64,000 bases of DNA, taken from positions 9,488 to 73,487 of IMG/VR virus record IMGVR_UViG_3300022908_000001. One strand, 5' to 3'. The position numbers were made by a program, and so were the translations under genes. The first letter of the stretch is position 1. Each line of letters starts with the position of its first letter. Below the pieces are notes generated by a model that saw nothing but the letters and a program-made list of their open reading frames with translations, made no database searches and was not told the origin of the DNA. Positions 40,920-50,948 of the stretch are shown here, in pieces. The DNA is from a virus.

Positions 40920-41033
40920 CAGAGGGTGGTGGAATTGGTAGACACACCCTGCAAGGTGAGGGAGGGTTCGATCCCCTCTGAAAAAACTGGGTGCACTCTT
41001 TGAAGGTTCGAGCCCTGCCCCTCTACCCCGCCA
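40920..41033 (+). ncRNA. tRNA-like RNA with an expanded anticodon arm
   Basis: Acceptor CAGAGGG/CCCTCTA, D-arm GTG-GAATTGGTAGA-CAC, T-arm GAAGG-TTCGAGC-CCTGC, and 39 nt enclosed by ACCC/GGGT. Confidence 0.7.
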
Positions 41034-41339
41034 GTCCCCTAACAAGACTGGCTTTTTTAAAAACTAATAATATGAAAGTACGAATAACCCAATCAAGTAA
41101 ACCATCATACTGGTACGCTGATAAAGTAGGACAAGAGTTCTACGTAACAGACCATGACCATAGAAGCTACAAGGTTACACCCGGTGGTCACTACATCCGC
41201 ATGGTTGACTGTGATATACTAAGCCATACCGAATTCGGCGATTCATATTGTGTTATACCTGCCAGCATCACCTACTTACTCAACAGGTTATTTAATGTGC
41301 TTGGTGGGTGACTGGCTTTTTTGTTTCAGGGAAGTTTTG

Positions 41340-41463
41340 TATATTTACCTCAATCCTATACGGCCAGCTATGTTTCGCAACTTCCTGATTGCCGTATCGC
41401 CAGAACGCTCAGGCTTAATGCCCTCGCTTCGGAAACCCGTTCAGAAATGTCCGGGTTTTTTTT
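41340..41463 (+). ncRNA. Putative small transcript with promoter and terminator
   Basis: TATATTTA at 41340, ATACGGC/GCCGTAT pairing, terminator AAACCCG...CGGGTTTTTTTT. Confidence 0.4.
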
Positions 41464-41579
41464 GTGGGGTAGGTATAGGGGGAGAAATGGGATTATTAAC
41501 GTGGAATATCATCGAATTTGACAAAATATATTATCCCTGTATTTAAAAGCGTACTTAAATTTAATTAGTAAATAGTAGA

Positions 41580-43103
41580 TTAAAAAGGTGCATCTGGACT
41601 ATCAAATTTAACATTCGGCTCAAGCTTAATATCCGGGTGAGGAGCAGCTTGTTTTTTGGGCTTTTTAGCACCCCTTACAGCATTATCGAACTCTTTATAT
41701 TCCCAGTCCCTGAACTTCATAAATGCCCCATTAAACTCAAGCTTAACCGTATCGCAAATGCCATTACGGTTCTTTGCAAATATTATCTCTGTTAAGCCCT
41801 GTGTTGGAAGGTTATCCTCATTATGGGTTATACCATAGTATTCAGGCCGATAAAGGAAAATAACCTGATCTGCATCCTGTTCAATAGCACCAGACTCACG
41901 TATATGCGAAAGATTTGGCCTTTTTGTTGGCGTTTTTTCAACCTCACGGTTTAATTGAGATAGAGCTATTACAGGTATATCCAATTCTTTTGCAATTGCC
42001 TTTAACGCCTGACTAATACTGCTTACCTCTTGCTCTCTTATACCGTTCTTTGAGCTGGTTCCCTTCATTAATTGCAAATAGTCAATTACTATCAATCCGA
42101 TATTATGCTGTTGTTTGAGCCTTCTTGCCTTTGAGCGAGCCTCAATAATACTCAACGATGGTGTGTCATCAATAAATATTTTATTCGTTTGTAGTAGCTT
42201 ATTTGAAGCTGATTCAATTCTTTCAGCATCATAGGGTGTTAATCGTCTTTTTACAAGGTCATCCATAAATATATTAGACTCAGAAGATATTAATCGTTCA
42301 GATAACTGAACCTTTGACATTTCAAGACTGAATATTAGAACCGGGCAGTCGAAATCTATAGCTGCATTTCTTGCTAACTGTAACGCAAACGCTGTTTTAC
42401 CCATTGAAGGCCGGGCAGCTATAATTATCAATTCGGACTTTCGCCATCCATTTGTTAAATTGTCGACGGCCAAATATCCGCTACCAACCCCCACCAATCC
42501 TGTTATCTCCGGCTGCTTTAATTCAATAAGCTTTTGTGCTATCAACGTTGAATTATCAACAGCAGAATTACTTCTTTTATCGCTGATAACAGAAAATAAA
42601 GCGGCTTGATTTTTTTCAATTATATCAAAAGCATCCGAAGTGTCGTCATAGGCCTCGTTTATAGTTTCAGTACAAATCCTGATTGCCTCCCGTTGCATAA
42701 ACTTTTCAACTATAATTGCCGAGTGGTATTCAATATTAGCGGAAGAGGTAACCCTGTTTGTTAATTCGGTAATATAATAAGCATCGCCAATCATTTCCAA
42801 TTCTCCCTGTTTTCTTAATTGGGAAGTCACGGTTAAAATATCAACAGGTTTATTTTTTGAAAAAAGATTAATTATGGATGAGTATATTTTTTGGTGGCTG
42901 TCTTTGTAAAACATTTCTGGCTTTAATCGCTCTACAACCTCAATCAATGCATTCTTTTCAAGAAGCAATGCGCCTAATACAGCTTCTTCCAAGTCAGTTG
43001 CCTGCGGTGGTAATTTACCTAAGCCTGAATACGGCGTTGGATTTGTAATCCTTGTTCGCAATGGTTTACTGTAAACATCTTCGTTTTCTAATATCATTTC
43101 CAA
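41580..43103 (-). CDS. dnaB: Replicative DNA helicase
   Basis: LPPQATDLEEAVLGALL, AARPSMGKT, FSLEMS, IVIDYLQLM, LSQLNR, RESGAIEQDAD, AKNRNG. Confidence 0.97.
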   Translation of the reverse strand: MEMILENEDVYSKPLRTRITNPTPYSGLGKLPPQATDLEEAVLGALLLEKNALIEVVERLKPEMFYKDSHQKIYSSIINLFSKNKPVDILTVTSQLRKQGELEMIGDAYYITELTNRVTSSANIEYHSAIIVEKFMQREAIRICTETINEAYDDTSDAFDIIEKNQAALFSVISDKRSNSAVDNSTLIAQKLIELKQPEITGLVGVGSGYLAVDNLTNGWRKSELIIIAARPSMGKTAFALQLARNAAIDFDCPVLIFSLEMSKVQLSERLISSESNIFMDDLVKRRLTPYDAERIESASNKLLQTNKIFIDDTPSLSIIEARSKARRLKQQHNIGLIVIDYLQLMKGTSSKNGIREQEVSSISQALKAIAKELDIPVIALSQLNREVEKTPTKRPNLSHIRESGAIEQDADQVIFLYRPEYYGITHNEDNLPTQGLTEIIFAKNRNGICDTVKLEFNGAFMKFRDWEYKEFDNAVRGAKKPKKQAAPHPDIKLEPNVKFDSPDAPF

Positions 43104-43771
43104 GCCTCCGCATTTTTTCTATGGTCTATAACAGGCTTCAATGGATGTACCGAAGCATCTATATTTTTATTCTCATCTTTAAACCAAACACTTACCATTT
43201 TTTGCTTCCAGCTTTTAACCTCTTTTCCCCGGCTATCATGCCAGTTAGCAGAGTCGTAATAATTAAATGCCGTTATGGCTGTTTTTTCAGAATATCCTTT
43301 TTCATTAAAATATGCTTTCACCTCAATCAAAGAAGGGGGGATGAATATATTTTCCTTTCCTTTTATTTTATTTCCTTTCTTTTCCTTTATAGCATTGCCT
43401 TCGGATTGCGATTGCAATGCGTTCGCATGTTTTTCCCATCTGTTTTTGGCTGATTGTTGCGCTTTTTTTGACTTTTCATTCCTTAAATCAATTCTGTTTA
43501 GTACGCTTTTTGACCAAAATCTAACCCCGTCATTATCGAATAATTTGTAATCTTTTATCACATTTTCTATGCGTTCGCATTGCGTTCGCAATTCATCCGC
43601 AATGCAGTCGCATTCCTCCAATGGCAAAAAACCGCCTTCTTCATACAGCATTTCAATTAAACACCAATATATTCCTATTGATTCAACACCGCTTTTTGCA
43701 AGCATCCTTATCATTTTTTTATCACTTCTTGCATGATAATCATGCGAAAAATAGTAGGTATCTTTTGCCAT
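43094..43771 (-). CDS. Phage replication initiator (DUF4373/Lin1244-like N-terminus)
   Basis: YYFSHDYHARSDKKM...GIYWCLIEMLYE N-domain and PPSLIEVKAYF...FNYY...W...VKSWK C-domain, directly upstream of dnaB. Confidence 0.8.
   Translation of the reverse strand: MAKDTYYFSHDYHARSDKKMIRMLAKSGVESIGIYWCLIEMLYEEGGFLPLEECDCIADELRTQCERIENVIKDYKLFDNDGVRFWSKSVLNRIDLRNEKSKKAQQSAKNRWEKHANALQSQSEGNAIKEKKGNKIKGKENIFIPPSLIEVKAYFNEKGYSEKTAITAFNYYDSANWHDSRGKEVKSWKQKMVSVWFKDENKNIDASVHPLKPVIDHRKNAEAWK
43350..43614. repeat. Iteron-like repeats and AT-rich tract: probable replication origin
   Basis: Inverted repeat ATGCG-TT-CGCAT at 43417 and 43569, TTGCGTTCGCAA at 43580, ATGCAGTCGCAT at 43602; pyrimidine/AT tract at 43350-43390. 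Confidence 0.6.
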
Positions 43772-43779
43772 TATTTATC

Positions 43780-44610
43780 TTAGTTTTCAGTTATATAATC
43801 AACAGTAAGCAGCTTATTAATTTTAAGGGACTCGTTTATAAATTTTACCACATCAATATATAAATTCATTTGGTCATTATTGATGTCATATTTTGAAGTT
43901 TTACACTCATAAATGCAGATGGTTTCATCGTTACTGCATAGAATATCTATAAAACAGCAACGCTCCTTGTCACCGGTGTATTTATACTTAACCGGGAATT
44001 GGTAAATTACATTAGGCCATTGGTTTCTTAAAAACTCAACCTGTCTTAATTCAAACTCTTTAGCCGATTTGTTGATATTAGTATAGCGATCTATTAGTAT
44101 TTTAGAAGATATGCCAATGTGTTTATATTGTAAATCCTCCAGTCCATTTTCTTCATAGAATAGCAAAAGGTATTTCGTATGGAGTTTGCCTTTAAGCCCG
44201 AGGTTAGAAATAATAACACCAAGCCAGTTTTTAAAAATATCCTTATAATCCTCCCCCGGTTCATAGTTCCATGCTTTGTGTCTTTTTGTTTCGTCAAGAT
44301 AATCGGGGCACCCAAGAAATTGCTGCCCGTTATACCTATTGGTAAATAGTTTTAATTTCAATCCGCACTCACACAATTGATTGGTATAGCAATTCCTTGC
44401 TATTTTTATATGGGCAGCGTATTTATCCATCTCTAACCCGGAATTATAAGCAAACAAATGATATTCATTAATCAGTTGGCCAGCATATTTTTCAAGTGTA
44501 TCTTGGGCTAATTTTATCTTTTCATCCTGTTTTTGCCTGATAAAAGAGTAGAAGTTATCAACTTCTGCCTTAGTCATCTTACGTGCATATTCAAGTATAT
44601 TTTCAGCCAT
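43780..44610 (-). CDS. Zn-ribbon plus PD-(D/E)xK nuclease-like protein
   Basis: CECG...QFLGCPDY (topoisomerase-type Zn ribbon) and FIDILC...IYECKT. Confidence 0.6.
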   Translation of the reverse strand: MAENILEYARKMTKAEVDNFYSFIRQKQDEKIKLAQDTLEKYAGQLINEYHLFAYNSGLEMDKYAAHIKIARNCYTNQLCECGLKLKLFTNRYNGQQFLGCPDYLDETKRHKAWNYEPGEDYKDIFKNWLGVIISNLGLKGKLHTKYLLLFYEENGLEDLQYKHIGISSKILIDRYTNINKSAKEFELRQVEFLRNQWPNVIYQFPVKYKYTGDKERCCFIDILCSNDETICIYECKTSKYDINNDQMNLYIDVVKFINESLKINKLLTVDYITEN

Positions 44611-44646
44611 TGTGTGTTTTTTTAAATACCGTACAGAGCCAAAAAA

Positions 44647-44820
44647 TTAAGCAGGTATCATCTTTAGGAAATCCTTTAACATACGTTCCTTTTCGTCTGG
44701 TATTATTCGCTCACCCCTTAGTGCCATACTAAGCTGGTTTGGATGAACACCAATTTTACCGGCTAAAAACTTAACCTTAAAGCCCGATTCTCTTACCATC
44801 TTTACAGTTGACTCATTCAT
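44647..44820 (-). CDS. Cro-like HTH protein, 57 aa (below ORF-track cutoff)
   Basis: MNESTVKMVRESGFKVKFLAGKIGVHPNQLSMALRGER; TATATTTA lies 4 nt before the ATG. Confidence 0.7.
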   Translation of the reverse strand: MNESTVKMVRESGFKVKFLAGKIGVHPNQLSMALRGERIIPDEKERMLKDFLKMIPA

Positions 44821-44867
44821 TGCTTAAATATACTAATTTTCGTTTTTATTTAAACACAAATATAGTT

Positions 44868-45356
44868 TTATTTTTCATATAATATTCGATTTACCAAGGC
44901 ATTGCACTCACCTTTATTAGATGGAAGCTCGATTATTGGCTGGCAATCTTCGATATGTTTCAGATGGCTCTTTAACATTTTATGCTTTATCTTCCCATCG
45001 TAGGTTTGCCAGCCCTTTGTATCGATCAATATATTACTTACAGGCAGGTAGAAATCTATTATTATCTTAATAGCTCGTATTGATGCCCCATTATACTTAA
45101 ATGGCTTTTGTAATATATATTCCTTCTGATGCTCAAATTTAATTCCTGAATTATGTAATAATGCATACATATATTGCTCCAGCTTGCTATCGAACAGTAT
45201 CCCATAGGCCTCGATTTTAGTAGCGTTCATTATCTTTGCATTGGGTTCTATTTTTTTTACAGAGCCTTTTTGCACAAGTGTTTTTACCGGAACAAACGAG
45301 CCGCCATCTTTTTGAACCAAACCCTTCTTTTTTAAATCCTCTGCCGTCCAGTTCAT
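44868..45356 (-). CDS. DUF1064-like PD-(D/E)xK endonuclease
   Basis: GILFDSKLE...QKEYILQ...RAIKIIIDF...LIDTKG. Confidence 0.75.
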   Translation of the reverse strand: MNWTAEDLKKKGLVQKDGGSFVPVKTLVQKGSVKKIEPNAKIMNATKIEAYGILFDSKLEQYMYALLHNSGIKFEHQKEYILQKPFKYNGASIRAIKIIIDFYLPVSNILIDTKGWQTYDGKIKHKMLKSHLKHIEDCQPIIELPSNKGECNALVNRILYEK

Positions 45357-45358
45357 GA

Positions 45359-45691
45359 TCAATCCAATTGATACCACATAACACAATCAATACCTTGTTT
45401 CTTTAATGATTTAAAAGCGGACTCCATCACGGCGCTCCTTAAATCTGCCTGCCCACCGGTTTCTATATGAAGAAACCTGTATCCAGAAAAGTACCCTGAC
45501 AACCTTTCGCTTATGCCGACACCACACTTCTTAGAAAGCTCGTCAATGTCGCCTTTTCTCCACCCTTTGAGAGATATACAAACAGTATCTAAGTTGCAAC
45601 TCCCGCGATCAACCGTTGACTTTACTGATTCTGATTCTTTTTTAGCTATAATTATAGCTTCTGCGACTCTTTCAATTTCTCTCTTTTCCAT
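45359..45691 (-). CDS. Hypothetical protein (likely start MEKREIE at 45691)
   Basis: DRGSCNLD...GQADLRS...MWYQLD; preceded by the second kissing-loop leader. Confidence 0.6.
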   Translation of the reverse strand: MEKREIERVAEAIIIAKKESESVKSTVDRGSCNLDTVCISLKGWRKGDIDELSKKCGVGISERLSGYFSGYRFLHIETGGQADLRSAVMESAFKSLKKQGIDCVMWYQLD

Positions 45692-45799
45692 AAAAACAAC
45701 AAACCCCATCAAATTCCAGCGGTCAGACTTTCATTCAACAGGGCGTTTTTAATTCCTTTTAATAACATTCTGACCAATGTTTTTGTTATTGTAAATATA
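45692..45799 (-). promoter_or_regulatory. Promoter (TATATTTA) plus kissing-loop leader, second copy
   Basis: Hairpin AACATT-GGTCAG-AATGTT and a long hairpin carrying CTGACC in its loop. Confidence 0.6.
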
Positions 45800-45996
45800 C
45801 GAATTTTATACATTATAGCGCTCCTTAATTGCCAAAATAGTTTCAGGTGAGCATTTTACCTTTCCGCTATACCAAAGTCGGTCACGTTCCTTCCAGTATT
45901 CCTCAATTAGCCCCGGTATATATACCTTCGGCTTACTATACCTCTTCTTCTCAGGAACGTAATCTTCACGGTTTGTAGCCTTTATTAGTTTGGGCA

Positions 45997-46383
45997 TTAT
46001 AACAACTTCTCCAGATTAATAATATCCTCCCTGAATTTCTTCTCGGCATAGTAATGATCTTGAACAGCGGCACAAGCGTATATCACGGTGCTATGGTCAA
46101 TATGGAAAAATGCGCCAATTGTCTTTAATGGCAACTTTAATTGCTTCCTTATGAAATACATTGATATTTGCCTTACATGAACCAATTGAGCGAAACGCCT
46201 TGAGCCTAAAACCGATTCAATATCCTGTTCAAAATAATCGCATACAATTTTAGTAATATATGGCATCTTCTGGTTGTTGGTAAGCATTTTCCCAACCCTG
46301 TAGTTTTTTTGAACGTACACAGGTAAACCTACGTAATGTTGTGGTGTCATAATGAGCCCCGCTGCCTTATCCAAAAGTTCCAC
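45997..46383 (-). CDS. DnaA C-terminal-like HTH protein
   Basis: IVCDYF...VHVRQISMYFIR...LKTIGAFFHIDHSTVIYA. Confidence 0.8.
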   Translation of the reverse strand: MELLDKAAGLIMTPQHYVGLPVYVQKNYRVGKMLTNNQKMPYITKIVCDYFEQDIESVLGSRRFAQLVHVRQISMYFIRKQLKLPLKTIGAFFHIDHSTVIYACAAVQDHYYAEKKFREDIINLEKLL

Positions 46384-46983
46384 GACGTAGACTTATCAAT
46401 ATCCTTCTCCTGCACCACCAGATCGGGCTTATTACGATTCAGGTAATTCAGCGTGTATTTAGTCCCGTCTATCAGCGCCACGATCAGTTTGCTGCCATCC
46501 GACTGAACAAGAAACTTCGTACCGACCGGATACTTCACGCTACTGGCAGGTTTCGGTGGCGCTTTCTTGAGTCGAATTTCCGGGTCGAATACCTTTGTGC
46601 GGCTACCATCCGGTATGCAGGATTGGATATGAAAACCGTTGTTGGTGAAGTGTTGCACCATGAGCATCTGCGCAGCCTGTTCCAACTCCGGTTCAGGCAC
46701 ACTGATATAGCGTTCAGGGATGTTCACAGCGTAGGGGATTTGCTTTGCCGCATTCTCCCAATACGCGCTACCATGTGAGCAGCCAGACTTTGTATCCGTT
46801 TTCTTCTTCTTGATTGACATTGATTCCATTGTTTTGAAGCATGGTTATTGTTTTCGGTTCGATTTGTATGCGCCGGTACTCAAACTTGTTGTTCTGGGCG
46901 CAATTCATCAGTTGTTTTCGTATAGCACGATATTCCACCGTGTCGGATCGTTCGTGCAAGATGGTTGATAGTAGTTTTTTCAT
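46347..46983 (-). CDS. Two hypothetical genes (46347-46829, 46768-46983)
   Basis: Coupled ORFs in the replication unit. Confidence 0.45.
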
Positions 46984-47037
46984 GTGATTGGTTAATTTAT
47001 CCCCCGCACGGGATTGAGTGGTGCGGGGGAGGGTGGG

Positions 47038-47325
47038 TTAAAAGGGCAATTCATCACTACTATCCGGCAATTGCTCAACGTCAGGTTTCTTTGTAGCGGT
47101 TGCGCCGCCAAACACGTACTCCTTACCAGAACCAACATAAACCTTTGGTTCTTTAGCCTCACGCTGTTCTTTGGTCTGATTGATATACAACGTATGCGTA
47201 TTGCCATACTGATCCGGTTCTTTGCGCTGGTCAACCACTATTTTAGCGTACCATTTTTTGTTCTTGTCTGATTGTTTGCGTGCATCCGCCGGGATGTCGC
47301 TGAGATTAAGGTCAATTACTATCAT
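47038..47325 (-). CDS. Putative single-stranded DNA-binding protein
   Basis: Small beta-rich protein with acidic tail DSSDELPF, next to the exonuclease and annealing genes. Confidence 0.65.
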   Translation of the reverse strand: MIVIDLNLSDIPADARKQSDKNKKWYAKIVVDQRKEPDQYGNTHTLYINQTKEQREAKEPKVYVGSGKEYVFGGATATKKPDVEQLPDSSDELPF

Positions 47326-47987
47326 GCTGTTAATTTATTTAATGTTTCTATGAAAATTTGATTTGCTTTAATTAATTTGTTTTTTAGTGCCGCTATTTGC
47401 TCTTGATAATCGGCTGCATATAAGCGCTTGTAAACGATTTGCAATTTTCCGGGATAGGCAGGATGGTATGACACGAAATCGATCCACTTTCGCCCCGTAA
47501 TGAGTAAATAGCCCAAGCATTGATAGTAATATTCTTTCTTGCCAACATCAATCAGGTTTTCGAGTTTGTGTTCCAAATGTGAAGTTATGGTATAGGGGCA
47601 TTTTATCTCTATCAACCCATCGATACCAACAAGTCCATCCGGGCTGCCGCCTGCGTTTTCTCCGTATTCAATATACGCAGAATCTTCGATTTTACAAGCG
47701 AATACCTCGTTGTAAATAGCCTTAGCGATTGGCTCGTTGTCGATGCCGTGTTCCGTGTATTTCGAGGTAAACTCATCTTTTGCACGCTGACCGGTTATGC
47801 GTTCTGCCAAACACTCGTAAACATAAGTCATTGCGCCGTCGGAAAGATTACCGGCCTCTTTATCTGCTTTTAATTTTGGTTCGGTCATCAGCCTGTAGAA
47901 TTGACTGCATGAGAACCTGCCAAGTCTGTTCGCATACCATTCAGGCGTGCGCTGACTTTCGTTGAGTATTCCGTTAATTTGTTGCAT
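47322..47987 (-). CDS. YqaJ/lambda-type exonuclease
   Basis: QRTPEWYANRLG, HGIDNEPIA, GGSPDGLV...IEIKCP, YYYQ; likely start MQQING. Confidence 0.9.
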   Translation of the reverse strand: MQQINGILNESQRTPEWYANRLGRFSCSQFYRLMTEPKLKADKEAGNLSDGAMTYVYECLAERITGQRAKDEFTSKYTEHGIDNEPIAKAIYNEVFACKIEDSAYIEYGENAGGSPDGLVGIDGLIEIKCPYTITSHLEHKLENLIDVGKKEYYYQCLGYLLITGRKWIDFVSYHPAYPGKLQIVYKRLYAADYQEQIAALKNKLIKANQIFIETLNKLTA

Positions 47988-48534
47988 TTTCAAGGGATTT
48001 TTTAATTTCATCCAAAGGAACTTCTTTCGAATAGGCAGGTATAAACTCAACCTCGTCATTGCCACCGCCAAATAGCTTGCCCAATTTTTGGGCAGCGTTC
48101 TTGAGCGCAAAGCTGTCTGCCGCTGGGGCGTTCTTTTGTATAGCATCCCCTATGATCTGGCTAAAGTCAGTAGGGTTACTGCCTGACTTTAATTGGATAG
48201 GCACAGCGCCCACGCCATCGAGGTTCCGTGTGCGCCCCGTTACCGGGTTGACTACAGATAGTGTACCGTAAACCAATATTGAATTGGCTACAACCTTAAC
48301 ATCTTTTATAGTCCAGTCATAATCCTGAAAAATGGTGATGAGGTTGTTTTTTACCCGGTCTACCGGCAGGTATTTCATGCCCTTGTATTCCTTTAACCAA
48401 TTGGCAGGAGGGGTAGTGTTTAGTAGCGTATTCAGGTTGTCTACCTGAACCGCTAATCCTAAATCTTTTGTTAATGTACTGATTTGAACTTTCTGTGGTG
48501 ATTTCGTTACCGCTGTGCTCTTTTTCGTTTCCAT
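47974..48534 (-). CDS. Single-strand annealing protein (Rad52/Sak-like)
   Basis: MKYLPVDRVKNNL...DGVGA...AADSFALKNAAQKLG, adjacent to the exonuclease. Confidence 0.7.
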   Translation of the reverse strand: METKKSTAVTKSPQKVQISTLTKDLGLAVQVDNLNTLLNTTPPANWLKEYKGMKYLPVDRVKNNLITIFQDYDWTIKDVKVVANSILVYGTLSVVNPVTGRTRNLDGVGAVPIQLKSGSNPTDFSQIIGDAIQKNAPAADSFALKNAAQKLGKLFGGGNDEVEFIPAYSKEVPLDEIKKSLENATN

Positions 48535-48558
48535 ATTATTTACTTTGGTTTTTAGTGT

Positions 48559-50925
48559 TTAGTAACGGGTCGCGCCTCGTTCATACTTGGTGAGCGAAGT
48601 CAGCCATTTAACGCCGGGATTCCTGAAATCAATCAGGTGCTTTTTGTCCTCGTCAAATTTGGGAGGGTTCCGGGTTATCTTTTCACGCCCGATTGTTTGG
48701 GCGATTATGGCGGGGTCGGTGCGGTAATTAATTGTTTTCATATTTCTATTTTATTTGGTTTCATATCCTAATATCTCTTTTTAGTTATAGAAAAGTCAAT
48801 GCCATTAAACCTGAGACCAAGTGCCCAGCTACTTGTAAATTTAGCATCGATTCTGTTTTTCCATTCATCTTCGAGCATTTCGAAATCTTCATAGCCCAAT
48901 TCTAAATGAATCAATGCATTTTCAACCCTTAGCCCATTGCAATCAATTTCAGACAATATGCATGATAACTGTTCAATTCTTTCTATCTGTGTCATTTCTC
49001 ATATCCTAAAAGTCCATGTACTTCAACAATTAAAAGTTCCTGATTCAACGCCTCAATGACCCGCTCACAAGCCGCATAATCGCCACGATCCAATACAGCC
49101 TGAACCAATTCCTGTTCGGTTTCGGCAATCGTCAGCAGCAGGAAGTTGCGCTCGTCCTGTAGGGTTATGGGTGGTTTTGGACGGTTCATGATTGATGATA
49201 GTAATAAATTAAAAAGTATCCTTCGCCAACGTTCATGAATAGAACGGATACGACTTCTATGTTTCTTTGCGAATTGACCCATATGTTGACAGCGTTATAA
49301 TTTTGACTCGTTACAGCATGGTTCATAAAAAGACGATCTGACTTTTTCATACCTTTTTCCAATTATTTTGCGCGTACTGAGCAAACCGACCAAAATTCTC
49401 ATTAACAACCAATAGTTTCTCTTTCCACGGCGCATCGTTATCGCCGCCGTATTGGTTAAAGAATGAGTTGATTATTATGGTTTGCATATCGTTATTGCCT
49501 TTGTATATATCGTTTATGTGCAGGTAGTTCTTTAGTTTCCATTCCAGTCCACTTGCGCCGGGTAGTATCAAACGGGGCTTGTTTTTATTTTTGTTTTTAC
49601 GGCTCATGCTTCCTCCTTCACTACCAACCCTAACTCCTTAACCACACTCTCCACAGGCAGAACGCCATATTCGTCATAAACCAGTTGCAGTAACTTCGCA
49701 GCAGGCAATGGTGGCAATTCAAGTCGCTCACGTGCCGTTATGCACCCCACCATATAGGCAAAGGCTTCGGCGTAGTTGTTAGTTGTTTTCATATGTTTAA
49801 TGCTTTGTTGATGGCTTGTCTCGCTATGTCTACATTCCAAGTTAATAATTGACCGTGTTCATCGTAATGATTCATAAGGTTTTGCAGGGACTCTAATAAG
49901 TCAGGTGCTGCGGCAATTAATCGAGCGTTTGAATGCTCTTCAACGCAGCAGCATGTTTCGACACCACAATCATCATCACTAATGTTGCCGACAAAAAGTA
50001 CCCTTTCAACAACACGCTCACCAAATTTCTTAGGTATAACGGCGGTGATTTGCCCTTTATGGGTTGTCCTTTTAATCCATGGGCCGGGAGTCCCCTTAAA
50101 TTGATTTGGAATTGCTGTACTCATATATGAACATTATTTAATATATCACCTAAAAAATTACTGAACTCTTGTAGTAGCTTATTTTCACCACCACCATAAT
50201 AATAGCCATAATCAAAATTATATCGCTGGCCACCATCTATGATATAAAACTCAAAACACTGGCAACCCATATCGGATTTATATGATTTATAATCATGGAC
50301 TGACACGTTAGCCCGTTTTGCCATTTGTAGTATTTTTCTTTTCATAAAATATCGCTTTCTATATCCCATCTCATAAGAGGACGATTTTCATCTTCATACT
50401 CCAATCCGAAGCTGTCAATTTCGCGGTGGTCGTCTTCTTCCCAACCACGGTTTCTGTTTTGGTATGCGTCAATTTCCGCGAGCTCAAATGGCGTAAATTC
50501 CAGCACCGATTTCGCCCTCGTTTGGGTGCGTTCGGTTGGTTTTAGTTCGGTTAGTTGTTTCATGACACAACCTCCAATGTTTTCGATTTGTGGATGTCGT
50601 CGATGTTGATGAAAGCCACAAGTTCGTCGGGTAAATCAATTTCAAAGGAGTATTCAGGCAGTAGTATCCGCTTTTCAGGCTTAGATAACAAACTGTCAAA
50701 TGTCTGTATAAAAAAGGTCGTATCATCCGAAATGTGCATTATACCAAAATTATCCGACAACCCATTTGGCCTTATGGCGTGATATCCGACATGGGCATCG
50801 GGAAATATATCTCTTATAGCTAAGGCTATAGCGCAATTCTCCCCCGTAGCACCAATGGCGCGAATAGTTCCGCACCACATACTCCTGCGCAGAACATCTT
50901 TAGTAACTGTAATCTTAATTTTCAT
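48559..50925 (-). CDS. Run of small hypothetical genes heading the leftward replication unit
   Basis: About nine coupled 60-120-aa ORFs, including a TPGPW...NARLIAAAPDLLE family protein (49789-50124). Confidence 0.55.
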
Positions 50926-50948
50926 ATCCTTTCCTTATTTGGTATAAG

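Noticed and set aside
40920-41033. Ordinary functional tRNA-Leu or tRNA-Cys
   Set aside because: No 5-bp stem with a 7-nt anticodon loop can be drawn together with both an acceptor stem and a T-arm; reported as tRNA-like instead.
47988-48146. N-terminal extension of the exonuclease ORF
   Set aside because: Overlaps the annealing-protein gene; the QRTPEW motif begins just after ATG 47987.
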